A stretch of 64,000 nucleotides of DNA from Octopus sinensis. Its lineage: Eukaryota. Where the stretch lies: positions 4,278,001-4,342,000 of the forward strand of contig NC_042998.1 of the NCBI RefSeq assembly GCF_006345805.1, written 5' to 3'. The translations under genes and the position numbers were made by a program. Below the pieces are notes generated by a model that searched no databases, was not told where the DNA came from, and was given only the letters and a program-made list of their open reading frames with translations. Position 1 is the stretch's first letter. Each line of letters opens with the position of its first letter. Positions 12,200 through 25,878 of the stretch are shown one piece after another.

Positions 12200-15100
12200 G
12201 CCCAACGGAATCAAATTTTCTCGCAACTTCTATCTTATTCTATTCTTATTCCATCCTGCAAACAGCAATGGATATTTCCCATTATTGTTTTCCGCGTCTT
12301 TGTAGGTATAATTCTACATATGCATGCCGTCGTTTTGCTGTCTCATTTCACGAGCGGTCATATTGATTTCAGACTTCAAATAAAGAAACAGTTTCATCAA
12401 ATGCAAGAAGCAATTAGTTTTTTGTTATTGTCAAAGAATTGAGTTTACGTTAACGAATGACTTTTTCATGTCAACCTTAAATAAGGAAAGAATTTGAAAT
12501 CAAAACATCAGTTATAACTTTAGACTCCTGAAATCCCGTAATCACCGTATAGATTTTGCATGCATTGCCTCAATGATGCTTCATCTAAATTGCCAATAAC
12601 TGGCGATATTTATATACAATTACAAAAAGCACTTACTTTTTTTTTTTACTTTTGAAGACATAAAGTTCGCTATCATTGAATTACAATCAATCAACATAGA
12701 CACACATGCATCTGTAATGGATTTTGCTTGAACAAACATGTTTCTCCGTTTAGAAGATCTACTTTCATGAGCTGAGTATTAAGCAAATATACAAAACGTA
12801 TACGTGCATGCACATACATACTTAGTCACCAATTATGCTCGTTGCAATGTTATTTTACCGTTTTATTCTATTGAGTTAGCATAAAGTTTTGTAGGCACCA
12901 ATCACCCAAACTTAGCGGCCATTCTTGCAGAATCAGGAAAACGATCTGTCAGCTGCAAAAGGGATATTTATTGATCAAATTGGACAGAATTATTACAGAA
13001 AGACGAATTCTTACAATAGTACAAAACCAGCTGTGCAGAAATGTTTATGACACGTAGAATGAAGGTGTTAGAACGATAAGATGAAAGAATTACATTCATA
13101 AATTGTTTAAGTACACTACGTTTTTATAAATAATATCACAGAGCACAAATATAATTGCTACAATAATCATCTTCAATACGTTGTTTTCATGTATAAGAGG
13201 CTTAAGATTTATCAGTGTTGGCTTGTATTACTATTCTTGGAATTGGAAAATATGAATTGAATAATTAAAAGATTGGTTTTGAAGCAATATTCCAAGAATT
13301 AAAAGCCCTCACTATGTTACTTGAATCGCTATGTCCATGTCGTCAAATGAAATAAACCACGTGATAATATATGTACAAATTTAGTTACTGCTGTCCATCT
13401 TTGTTCAGAGGGTCAAAAGTTGCTATTTATGGGAGAAAATATGATACAGTGTGAGAAAAGTATAAAATATTTGTCCAAGAATTGATTATGGATGTTCATG
13501 TCAATCATATTGAGTAATATTGCATAAATCCTTTTAACTGAAGAGGATATTCAAATATTAGCATCTGAATATTATTAAGGAACATTATATCTATTACAGT
13601 CATTCTAATCTTCAACCTTTTTGAAAATACTTCTCAATTCCGTTTACAACTATTCAATACACTTCTAACTTCTTTTAAGAAATACTCGGCTCGAGAATTG
13701 TTTGAATTTGCTTCTTTTCGGAGACGAGAAATATAATTAGCTCCACAAATATGATTAACATATTTTCTGATAATACAGACTATTTTTAATTTCGTCAGTT
13801 TGCAATCTAGGACAAATGAGTTGACAGCTGATATTAATAATATTGAGAATTAATATAGAAAACTTAGATTATAAAATTGCTGGTATTTGATATATTGTGG
13901 GCGTTTGCAGATTCCGTCCCAAACAAGTAGGAACAGGCAGTTTGCTAAAAGGGGATGTGTATGACAATTTACGGGGGGAAAATGTGCAATAGAACAAAAA
14001 ATTGATTTATCAACATGAGAAAAAAATGAGAAAATAGTTATTTTAAGAAGATATAAAGCCTTATCCACAGTCCAATATAAGTGGTGATGGCCTGTAAAAG
14101 AATTAACAGAAGAGGTTGGCAACTTAAAACGCAGTAAAAGGTGGATCTGAAAAAAAGAATTATCAAAGAAATGTTTCTGCGTTGGTAAAAATAAAAAGCT
14201 GTGAATACCTTAAATATTCTTTTCTAATCAAGGCACAATATCCGAAATTTGTGGGGAGAGGGCCAGCCGATTAGATCGACTCTAGTATGTAACTGGTACT
14301 CAATTTATCGAATGCGAAAGGATAAAAAGCAAAGTCGACCTCGGCGGAATTTAAACTCAGAACGTCAAGACAGACGAAATACTGCTAAGCATTTCGCCTG
14401 GCGCGCTAACGTTTCTGCCAGCTCGCCGCCCTATCAACATCATATAATGCAACCCAACAGGATGCAAACGGTAACATCTGTTGCTGAAAGAAATATTTAT
14501 TTCTAGGTTATTTTCAGTCATCTGTGAAATGTTGATGGCAAGCGTTGTAAACAAAGAGTTCGTTTTACGGTAAACATCGCAAACGTTGAGGAAATATATC
14601 ATAATTAGACATTTTGGATCGTGTAACTAATAAAGATCTTTCTTTAGATATTACTATGAAATTATCAATAAATTTGACGGAATAATACTATATCATTCAT
14701 GTAAATTATGCTTAAATCCGACTTGGTATACTTCTAAGTAGATTTCTATAACTGAATGTCTGCAGACACTTTTAATACAAAATTTGTCCTAGGCCGCGGT
14801 ATCCATAGATACTTGCTTTTATCATTTCAATGTTCAATGCCCACTGTTAGAATACTAAATAAGTGAAGGAAAAGTCATACAATGGAAACAATATGGCTGA
14901 CATTCACTTATTACTGAGCCAATGTTATTAATGTTTTTCTGGGGAGTTAAAGATGACCTGAAATTTCCTGTTGAGAATAACAACACATCAACAGCAGATT
15001 TTGATCTCTATGAATGCTAATATAACAACGAATATGATTGAGAGATTTGCAGCTCATGAAGTGTTTGCATCGAAGAGAAATAGAAAAAGAGACAGAATGC

Positions 15101-15950
15101 GTGCGCAGGAGGAACCCAGTTTAGAGAGCACAGAGGTATGAAGAAATAATTTGAGTGTGAAATAGAGAAAAATACAATTATCTAAAATCAGGAAGATCAA
15201 GACAAATACTTTTGTTAAATCCTGGAATCAAATATAGACACTTAATCTGAGATAATGAAATAAGAAGTATTCCAATAGCAGCTAATATCACACAAAATAG
15301 GCAAGGTATGTCTCAAAGAATTGGCAAAAATAACTAGGTCGTTCGCAAAAACAGCTATTTGTCAGGTAATTACCAAGGACACACGGGATTTAAAAGCGTG
15401 CTGGGAACAATAATGAAGATTATTCATGATAAAGCTCGCTATGCATTTGATTGCTTTATGGATCACATACATTTGAATCTAATAAATGGTTATTAAAATA
15501 GAATACGTTCCCCCAGAATGCTTTGTTGCAAAATATTTCAACAGCTACAATACATTACAATACATTTTAGAAATCCGACCGATAACTTTATTATAATTAA
15601 GTATGAATGATACTCATATCTGTTTTTAAGTGACCAGGAGTAACAGAGATTTTTTATGACCATATACTTTTCATAAAGCGACAGAGAGATGTCTCATTAA
15701 CCACCAGCCAGTGTAACGCATTAAAAGAATTATACAAACTGGGATAGATGGTTGATATGTAGTCTACAGGACAGCTAAGCATACGTCACACTAAAAACTG
15801 CTGAAAACTAGTAATCAAGCTTGTCAATATTTGTCAGTAAGTTATCAGAGATTATTGCTACTGAATAGTGCTGAGGAGGGAGATATAAGAGTTGTTAGAA
15901 ACATCAAGTATATTGCTGTTGTGATCCATCGTCGGACTGTTATAATTTCT
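12200..15950 (+). pseudogene. Decayed coding-like tract, possible endogenous negative-strand RNA virus L-protein C-terminal half
   Basis: Microsatellite-free tract with peptide-like runs on + (GYFPL; GFEAIFQELKAL; QPF/ENTSQFRLQLFNTLLTSFKKYSARELFEFASFRRREI). Many stops and frameshifts; interrupted by the SINE at 14222. Resemblance judged by eye only. Confidence 0.25.
14222..14432 (-). mobile_element. tRNA-derived SINE family A (octopus OK-like)
   Basis: Reverse complement starts GGCGGCGAGCTGGCAGAAACGTTAGC...GTTCTGAGTTTAAATTCCGCCGAGGTCGACTTTGC; same family as 27711, 33823 and 52735. Confidence 0.9.
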
Positions 15951-16181
15951 TGTTGCTTCTTATGGTCTTGTGGTAGCAAAGGTTAAGATGACAGACTGAG
16001 AGATAATTGCTGAAAGAAACCAAGTGGATGTGAAATTTGTGACTCAAATTTCCAAAGATGTTTTTGCGGGTGACTGATAAATTTCCACAGCCTTGACAAC
16101 TACTATGACTACGACGATGATCATCACCCCACCCCACCCCACCAGTGCTACTACTATCATCGCTACCACTAGCATCCACCC

Positions 16182-16238
<57 letters not shown>
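16182..16238. repeat. (CTA)n trinucleotide repeat
   Basis: Direct reading. Confidence 0.95.
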
Positions 16239-17599
16239 TTACCACTACCATTTCCAAACGAGGAAGTGGTTGCTTTGCCGCTTGAAATTCTAGGAAAGCC
16301 AAACAAATATACTTCAAGCCAAACTATATAGCTTTAAATGAATGAACGCCATATTGGACAACGTAGTTCCATACGCAGCTTCTCATTAAAACGGTTACAG
16401 CTGGTTACCACCGAAACGCTTTTGATTATGTGTCTGTTCGACCAAACATAACATAGAGTGGACAGCAGCATCTAAAAATGTGAGCTATTGAGTAAGTCCT
16501 GCCTTGATTTGAAGTAAAATGGCAAGGAAAAAAAGATACACTACATATGTCAGGTTAATGTCAAAAACTACTGAATTCTCCTACAGTGCACTGTTACACT
16601 TCACTCCACAATTAATAAGCACCATCACAATAATTACATACGATACTGGAGTAGGGTTTTTAACACCGATCATCGTTGTATTTCTAACACTTATCTATGA
16701 ACACCATATTCCATATTAACACCTCGCAGAACTAAACCAACTCCTCTACACCATATTCCGCATTGTGGGAGCCTCTAAGTAGTCGTTCGGTCTCTAAGAA
16801 ATATCAAGCAAATCTAACCCTATTGCCGTTCAAAGGATTTCTTTAGATATACAAAGAGTTGTTAGCTTCTTTTCGCGTAGGAATAACAGCTACAATACGC
16901 TTCGTCATAGGTCTGCTCGATGGGGTTTGACTTGCGCCTAAACTAAAGAACTCCATCACAGCTCATGGACACGCTGTTTTCCATACGTCGGCTCCCTCTG
17001 GTATAGAGATAAAACACAATAGTTGCCATAAAGAAACATGTATGAAGATGCTGAAGCAGCAAGAAATAAGAGCCAAAATCCTTCCCAAATCATACACTGC
17101 CTTCCTATAAAGAATTATATATCAGATCAGTCTTGGGCAAACTGTAGCTCGCGGGGCTTTCTGCAGCATATGCTTCTTGAAATTGTTTCGCTTGCGGCCC
17201 ACATGATGATATCCGTGAACACTGTCTACATTAGATCATGTAAACAGAAAATACTACATTTGGAACACGATCAGTCCATGATCCTATGAAAGTGATTATG
17301 CGTCATTGCATTCTGTTTCACTCAAATTGTGAATTCATTGAACTATACTGCGTAGCAGGATTCTGTCGGGAACTTAAATTCGATAGCATGATTATCGTTA
17401 CAACAGAAGTTAACACAAAAGCAAATCATGTGTGAATCGATGTATATACACATATATACATTCACGCATACACACATATATTGTTAGTTAAATATGCATA
17501 TTTATGTACATGAATCAATTTATGCACACACACACACATATTAACATATACATGCTTCCATGCAGTTGTGCATACATATATGTTTATATATATGTATAG

Positions 17600-17665
<66 letters not shown>

Positions 17666-18278
17666 ATATATATATGGGTTGGTAGGTAGGTAGGTATATC
17701 ATGTATAACAGTGTATTAATAATTACATCTGCAATAGACCTGTTTACCTTAGCTGAGACATGCATAGAATATATTTAAGTATAATAAAATAATATAAACA
17801 TATCTGAAACAATTTTTTTCTATATTAATAGATTTCTAATACACATGATAGTTATTTAGAAAATTATCAGACAGTATTGTGCTTGAATATTTCTAAAGTA
17901 GAGTTGGTACTTTTTATCAATAAATTATTCAGCATTTCCCATGTAAACACAAGGAAACTGTGAAATCAAACATACTCATACATATACAAGAGTTTCAAGA
18001 ATGTTAACAAACACGGAATCTCAATGAATTTCTATAAACACAGAAAAAGCATAGAAATATTAAGCTGTTTATTATGAGTATATGAGCAAATACATACATA
18101 TTTGTGGTTATAGGGTTAACATTCATGTTATATACGTATACAGAATGCATATATTCATTTTTATATGGTGCAGTTGTTAACATATTCACATGTAATTTAT
18201 GCATTCATGTATATATATGTCTGTGTGTGCATGCCTGTGTGTTTGTGTGTATGCGTGCGTCTGTTTGTTTATATACAC

Positions 18279-18331
<53 letters not shown>

Positions 18332-18468
18332 GTGTGTGTGTGTGTGTGTGTGCGTATATATATATATATATATATGTATATGAATATATCTATCTATCTC
18401 TATATCTATATCTATATATCTATCTATATATATATGTATATGTATATATCTATCTATCTCTACATCTA

Positions 18469-18543
<75 letters not shown>

Positions 18544-18960
18544 ATATATATATATTTGCGTGTGGTGGGGTACATGTGTATCGTTTATATTAACACAGAA
18601 AACAAGTGATTGAAATTCTGAATCTTTCGTTACAGGTGTTTTAATGATCTTTCACTGATCATAGTCATCAGATGCAATTATCATACTGTAAACAAATTGT
18701 AAATATTGTCCTTATATACGCCAAAGAATCATGTTCGAACAACTTATAGACAATGACAGAGTAATAAATGATGAGTAATAAAGAATGACAATTGTAAGAA
18801 ACTAACAGATGAACGAGAAGCCGAAAATACAGAAACAACGAACAAGACAAAAGTGATAAAAAACAAGCGTAAACCCCGAATAAAAGAACCAAGAAAAATA
18901 CAAAAATTATTATTAAATGTAAACAAATACATAAAAAACATGAAAATAAAGTCGAAATTA

Positions 18961-19125
18961 GGCGCAGGAGTGGCTGTGTGGTAAGTAGCTTGCTTACCAA
19001 CTACATGGTTCCAGGTTCATTCCCACTGCGTGGCATCTTGGGCAAGTGTCTTCTACTATAGACTCGAGCTGATCATAGCCTTGTGAGTGTATTTGGTAGA
19101 CGGAAACTGAAAGAAGCCCAACGTA

Positions 19126-19206
<81 letters not shown>

Positions 19207-19349
19207 CTTTACTACCCATAAGGGGCTAAACACAGAGGAGACAACAAGAACAGACAAATGGATTAAGTCGATTAGATCGATCGCAGATGTTGGGGGGACA
19301 AACATAGACACACAAACATATACGCACACATACATACATATATAAATAA

Positions 19350-19438
<89 letters not shown>

Positions 19439-19645
19439 GTATATGTTTGTGTGTCTACGTTTGTCCCCCCAACATCGCTTGACAACCGATGCTGGTGTGT
19501 TTACGTCCCAGTAACTTAGCGGTTCGGCAAAAAAGACCGATAGAATAAGTTCTAGGCTTCTAAAGAGTAAGTCCTGGGGTCAATTTGCTTGACTAAACGC
19601 TGTACTTTAGCATGGCCACAGTCAAATGACTGAAGGAAATAAAAC
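18961..19645 (+). mobile_element. SINE family B, full length, with a family A tail fragment (19203-19290) inside its microsatellite
   Basis: Head GGCGCAGGAGTGGCTGTGTGGTAAG (A box)...GGTTCATTCCC (B box), central GCCTTGTGAGTGTATTTGGTAGACGGAAACTG, tail ...AGCATGGCCACAGTCAAATGACTGAA. Confidence 0.9.
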
Positions 19646-20601
19646 AGTAAACAGTAACACTTTTGTGTATCGTGGGAGTCATTACGCCAATATTGATGAC
19701 ACGCTAGCCGGTTAAATTCTAGTCCTTTATTATTTGTCAAATGATTAAATATCTATCCAATTATCAAACAAATCATTTGTTTAACTTGTTTAAAAAGTCA
19801 ATGTTTTTTTCTTCGTTTGTCAAAGTTCTTTCTTCGCAATCGCAAATTCATCCAAAAGGATGTAACTTTTTTGAAATGACCGCGTTAATAAATATTATGT
19901 TTACATAAATGCGATCATATGAAATGTATTAAGGTATGTCTGTTGTCTTTTAAGAAGTGAGCTGCGTAATCTATGTGATTAAAAGAGAGCATAGTAAATT
20001 TGCTTCAATGAAATTTAATTGATTGCTACACTTATTGCAATTTTTTTCAAAGTTATTTTACGGCATACAATTCGAGGTAGCATGTAGAGTACGTTGGTAG
20101 TATTAACATTCAAACATTGTCGCCGTCTTTTCGAATCCTTCTGCACCCTTCTGAATTTCGTATGAAATATATGGTCCTCCAAAGCGGTCTTGGTGTATAA
20201 ATTAACCTACCATTATTGCTGTAAAGTTTGGTCAGAAAACTTCAACTTGTACGCCTGAAATTACGGTAAAGAGGACCTAAATGATCATATCCTGCTCAAA
20301 TAATTATTACATTTACCTCTACAGAATTTCCCTATGTACAATACGTATTATCTGCAAACGAAACATATTTAGTATTTTGTTGCCTTAATTCTGTGTCGCC
20401 TTGAATTGCTTTTCTTCATACATAGATACATAATACAGATCAAGAGAAAGCAACCATTATTCTGTAGGCAGACGCCGATTTTCGAAGTTGTTTGTCAAAT
20501 GTTATTTTGACGGGAAAGGGAGACCTTAACGCTTGAAAATGCAGTGCAATATCATTTGGTTTTAAACGTATTCTTGAAATAAATGACACTTTATTTTATA
20601 G

Positions 20602-20643
20602 ATGTCAGAAGCAATTACAACGCATATAATCGAAGCTGTTGAG
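20602..20643 (+). CDS. Candidate 42-bp exon (MSEAITTHIIEAVE) of an unidentified host gene
   Basis: Acceptor ACTTTATTTTATAG, ATG immediately after it, open frame, donor GAG|GTACCT. Confidence 0.35.
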
Positions 20644-21580
20644 GTACCTCATGTATCTAATCCCATAGCAATGGCATATATCAAAATTTCGAAGACATAC
20701 ATTAGATATAACTTATTAGAGAAGCAATTTATCTTCAGCTATCCCAGTGAAACAAAATGCCTTTAAAACATCAGATAGGAAAGATGTACTTTACCAATAC
20801 TGAAGATTGCTTAGATATGCTTTGCTTTGATCTGGAAATAAGTCGATCTTCATAAGAATGTAGATAATTAAAAATATACATAGACAATACCCACCAAGAT
20901 ATAGCTTTATAATGTCTAACACATATTGTAACACATCATGTGTCATATCAGGTGACACATTACGTGATATTTCTGCATTATCATCAGTGGATTGCTAATT
21001 TATATATACCTACAGAAGCATGCAGACAGATGAGTTAAACAAAAAAAAATATTTTATGAATGCATTCACTATTAGAACTATACAAGCAATATTTCTGATA
21101 CTGAGTGCATTTGCAAAGTCTAACAAAGTAATATTAGAAATCTATTGAACAATCTAGTAAGCAATATTTCAGGAATAAATACAAGTACATTATTTGGTCA
21201 TTGTGAAATGTTCAGGAAAAAACTTTCTTCCTGTTCTTCTAAACAAATATAAAACTGATTAAGAAAATAAAACTTTGTCTCTTTTGATATTCAAAATCTT
21301 TTTCAACGAATAGTTACAATACATTTGTAAGATTTAGTCTGGAAACTTTCCTTCCTTTTATTTCATAATTTAGTTTTCTTCCAGTATTTTTTTTTACGTA
21401 TTCACATCTTCGATTTCTTCTGTTTATATATACGTACATACGTATACAAATTTATATAAACACACGCATGCTCCACACATACTAACACATGCATTTCTTT
21501 CTCTTCCTATCCCTGTATGTGTGTGTCTTTTTCCCTATATATTTGTATTTACATATACCAAACAAAATTAATATGTATAT

Positions 21581-21608
<28 letters not shown>

Positions 21609-21613
<5 letters not shown>

Positions 21614-22478
21614 TGAACGCCACGAATCTATTTCCAAGTAAGTTTTATCTTAATAATATCGATGCGACACTCTTTCTGTTCCTTTTCTTCCCCTCTTTCA
21701 TTTCCTCTATTCCTATCTTTTTCTGTTGTTTCCTCCCTTCTATTCTCTTCTTTTCTCTATTCTCTTTATCTCCTCTTCTCTCCTTTCGTTTTCTTATCAC
21801 ATCCTTCTTTTCTCCTCCCCTTCGCTGTTCTCTGTCTGTCCCTCTTTCTCACTCACTCTTCCGCCTTTGCTCTCTCGCGGCTCGGACGTTAGCGTCGGCC
21901 ATCTTTCTTCTAACATGAATTTCCTTCTTTCCCTCTGATCAGTCACAGGGATTGGACGCATACTTGTCTGTCTCCTGTCTTGTTTCTCAGCTTTCACCAA
22001 CTCAACTCGTCTAGGCTTATCAGCCCTTCCTGTCTGTTTTCACTGTCTTGTTTTTATTACCAGCTTTGGCCCTCTGCAAAATCCAGAATTGTATTTAATT
22101 TGCTTTGCGGCAGCAACTGTTATGTCGAAAACGTATCTTGTGAAATGCTCAAAATACGAAGTACAAAAACAGCCAACAACTGATGAAGGGTCATTTTTTC
22201 GTGTTGCTTGTCTTGTTTTCCTTTTGTTTCCTTCGTTGTTCACAAAAAAATTTTGTATTCCATGTTTCGTATTTCGTATTTCATGCTGTTTTCGTATTTT
22301 ATATTTACTTCATATTGTTTACGTTCCTATATATGTGCCTATATATGCATGTATACACAAAATTATGTATGTTCATATATATGTGTATGTACACATGTAT
22401 ATTTATATGTTATTTATATTATTATATGATTAAACATTGAACGCCACGCATCTATTTGCAAGTAAGTTTTATCTTATA
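21609..22478. mobile_element. Non-autonomous repeat with terminal direct repeats (PLE-derived?)
   Basis: ATTGAACGCCACG(A/C)ATCTATTT(C/G)CAAGTAAGTTTTATCTTA at 21609 and 22436, pyrimidine-rich interior, CTGATGAAGGG at ~22181. A related motif occurs at ~48610. Confidence 0.45.
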
Positions 22479-22498
22479 TATATGCAGCACGGATTTTT

Positions 22499-24230
22499 GT
22501 TAGTTAGTTAGTTAATTTGGCTCAAAAGCAAATAGCAAGGCCATGTAGGGGGACATGGAGTTAAGTACAGGGTGGTGTTCATGCAAAGAGTTCAGGCCAC
22601 TTGAGGTCCAGGGAGGCTTTGAACAAAGCGGTCGTCGGCATCTTCACCATCTCGTCTGGCAGCTTGTTCCACGGATCCGCAACCCGGACGGAGAAAGCTC
22701 CTCTCCTTCGATTGAGATGAAATCGTCGCAGGTAGAGCTTTTCGGAATGACCCCGCAGCCGACGCTCTGGAGCAGGAGTGAAGAACAGCTCTTTCGAGAG
22801 GTTACACTTTCCGCTTATGATGTTGTGGGCGAGAATGAGATCACCACGGCGGCGGCGTTTTTCAAGAGAATAAAGGTCGAGCGTCCTCAGCCTCTCTTCG
22901 TAGGACAAATTTTTGAGACCATGAACCATGCGGGTAGCCAGCTTCTGGACTCTTTCGAGATGCTGTATGTCTTTGAGGAGATAAGGAGAAGAGGCTTGAA
23001 TCCCATACTCCAATATGGGTCTCACCAGCGTGACATAGAGTGGTAGGAATATGGCTGCTGTGAGCATTCCGAATGACCGTCGAATCAAGAACAGAATTCC
23101 GCGTGCTTTGTTGGCAGCATGGACGCACTGGGCCGAAGGCGAAAAGGAGGAATCCACCAAGATACCCAGGTCCTTTACCTGAGCGGTCCTCTCCCACAGC
23201 AGACGACCCGGCTCGAAATCAAGTTGAGTTGCAGGAGTAGATCCGACAGGGAGATGACAGCACTTTGACACGTTCAGACACAGGTCCTAATCGTTAGACC
23301 ACTTCCAAATTTGGTGGAGGCATCGACGAAGATCCTCTATATTACCGCGAGGAGCGACCAGTTTGATATCGTCGGCAAATAGAAGGGTGTGTTGCGTGAG
23401 GTCGTCGGGCAAGTCATTTATGAAGACTAAGAACAACAAGGGCCCAAGCACTGAACCTTGAGGCACGCCACTGCTCGCACTGGAGACGTCGGACCGCGAA
23501 CCATTAACTTGGACTTGGAAGGAGCGATCTGAGAGGAAGGCACCAACCCATCGTATAATATCCGGATGGAAACTATATGCTTGAAGCTTGACAAGTAATA
23601 GGCGGTGGTTTACCGAGTCAAAAGCTTTGGCAAAGTCCAATAAAACGATGTCAACAGCATCACTATCATCGAGGATGCGCGTCACCAATTCTTCCATTAC
23701 TAGTAAGTTGGTCAAGCATGATCTCCTCGGCACGAAGCCGTGTTGGGAATCAGGGATAGAGGCTGTGTTTAGGAGGTGGAGCATCATACTTTTCTTAAGG
23801 ATGGTTTCGAACATCTTGCTGATTATTGATGTAAGGGAAACCGGTCGGTAGTTAAGCGGGTCTTCGCGGCTCCCTTTCTTGAAAATTGGGCAGATTATCG
23901 CTGTTCTCCAGTCTGCAGGTATAACACCCGTCGCCAATGACATATTGAATAGTCGTGTTAAGGGCTCGCAGATGACCGGAGCCAACGCTTTGATAACCCG
24001 TGGGTGTATGCCGTCAGGGTCGTGACCCTTGTTGACATCGAGGCCTTGAATAACACGTTTGACTTCGTACCGCGTGATGACCAATCGAAGCATTGGCGGT
24101 ACCGATCTATCAAATGGAGGGGGTTCACGACCATCATCTTGTTTGAAAATAGTTGAAAAAGCCTCGGCAAATCATTGACTCTGTTGATAAGGGTCCTCAA
24201 TCGATACGCCTGTTGAGTCTACCAACGTTG
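22499..24230 (-). mobile_element. CR1-clade LINE, 5'-truncated copy (RT and C-terminus)
   Basis: ORFs 23287-24093 and 22579-23271 contain RPVSLTS, LDFAKAFDSV, GVPQGSVLGPLLF and FADD, split by an in-frame TAG at 23287. 3' (CTAA)n tail at 22499-22514. Confidence 0.97.
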
Positions 24231-24348
24231 AAGAGGTCGCGGTCTTAAAGCGACGAAAATATTTTGACAAATTAAACTTAAATGTTGAAGTGAATCGAAC
24301 GGCTTTTGTGTGTTTCTTAAATGGCTTACAAACACCTTCCCCGCTGCA

Positions 24349-24353
<5 letters not shown>
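24231..24353 (+). mobile_element. Right arm of the palindromic hammerhead-bearing element, split by the CR1
   Basis: AAGAGGTCGCGGTCTTAAAGCGACGAAAATATTTTGAC...GCTGCAATTGT is near-identical to 41378-41500. The central part GCAGCACGGATTTTTGT lies on the other side of the CR1 (22484-22500). Confidence 0.85.
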
Positions 24354-24389
<36 letters not shown>

Positions 24390-24474
24390 TTCGAGACAAA
24401 ACCACTATTTTGCAAAACAAACAAGGAAAGACTTAATCAATACATAAAAATTTTAATATAAAGTAAATAAACCG

Positions 24475-24518
24475 CCACTACAATTGTTTCATGTCTTCAA
24501 ATGACATTCGTCAGGTGG
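24475..24518 (-). ncRNA. Minimal type-I hammerhead ribozyme, canonical core
   Basis: Minus strand reads CCAC-CTGACGA-ATGTC(atttgaa)GACAT-GAAA-CAATTG-T-A-GTGG. All core positions canonical; palindromic helix-III loop. Confidence 0.85.
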
Positions 24519-25785
24519 ATTTCCGATCTAAAATATCAATATTTTAAAATATAAATTTAAAATAATAAAATTATCAATGAAAAAATATAAATATATATAA
24601 TCTATATATAATCTATATATAATCTATATATAATCAATATATAATCTAAAATAAACCCTATAAACAATTGAATATAAAGAAACCTATTATTAAAGTTCTC
24701 ATATTTAAAGATGTACAAAAAACAAAAAACAAAAAAACAAATAAAAACAAAAAACAAAAAAACAAAAAAAGACAATAAAAAATAGACTATATATTCACAC
24801 ATGCTCATACACATATAACTAAGTATATATAACCATATCTAAATACATACACTAACTCACACACCTATATATATATCTCTATACATACACATAAAAACGT
24901 CTAGGCAACGATAAATTAATAAAATAGCCAAATACTTCAACACATTACTTATTCATACTCCCTCACACACACATACAACCCACATTCATAAACAATATAC
25001 ATATACCCGCTCACACATACATATACATACATACAGAACTCGATATATACACCAATATATTCACACCCACACCCATATAGATAAATAAATTACGCAAACA
25101 ATCACACACACACACACACACACATTCACACATACATAAACACTCAAAAGAAAAATAAACAATTCTTTGCGCGTGGTGATCGAACGTTTTTTTAAAAATT
25201 ATGAATGGAATAGAATGGAATAATATTTAATCAACGTAAATATACAGAATTTACTCAAAAATCATTAATAAACCAATCATGATAATGAAACCCATATATA
25301 CATATAATGATAAAACTCCCTTTACCATACACAATAATACCTATATAGCAATCCCCATAATACATTCACACACAAAAATACACATACGTAAAACACACAC
25401 CCACAACATATACATATACCCCCTCACATATACATATACATACGTACTAAACTCGATATATACAACAATATATTCACACCCACACCCATACAGATAAATA
25501 AATTACACAACCAAATACGCACACACACACACATTCACACATACATAAACACTCAAAAGAAAAACAACATTTCTACACATAATACGATATATAAAATACT
25601 CCATAAGTAACCAGATTCTCAGAAGTAACAAGATTAACATAAGGAGAAAAAAAAAATATATATATATGTATATATATATATTATACATAAACTTAAGTAT
25701 ATGCAGTTCTATCTACCATCTATCTATCTAGCTATCTCTCTATCTCTCTATCCATCCATCCATCCATCCATTCATCCCTCTCTCC

Positions 25786-25878
<93 letters not shown>

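Noticed and set aside
18620-18690. Minus-strand CTGATGA...GAAAGATC hammerhead-like string
   Set aside because: U16.1 is missing and stem I does not form; too degenerate to call.
22555-23046. 163-aa + strand ORF and similar ORFs at 28600, 28791, 23588, 29632 and 30415
   Set aside because: Antisense shadows of the CR1 ORF2; duplicated only because the LINE is duplicated.
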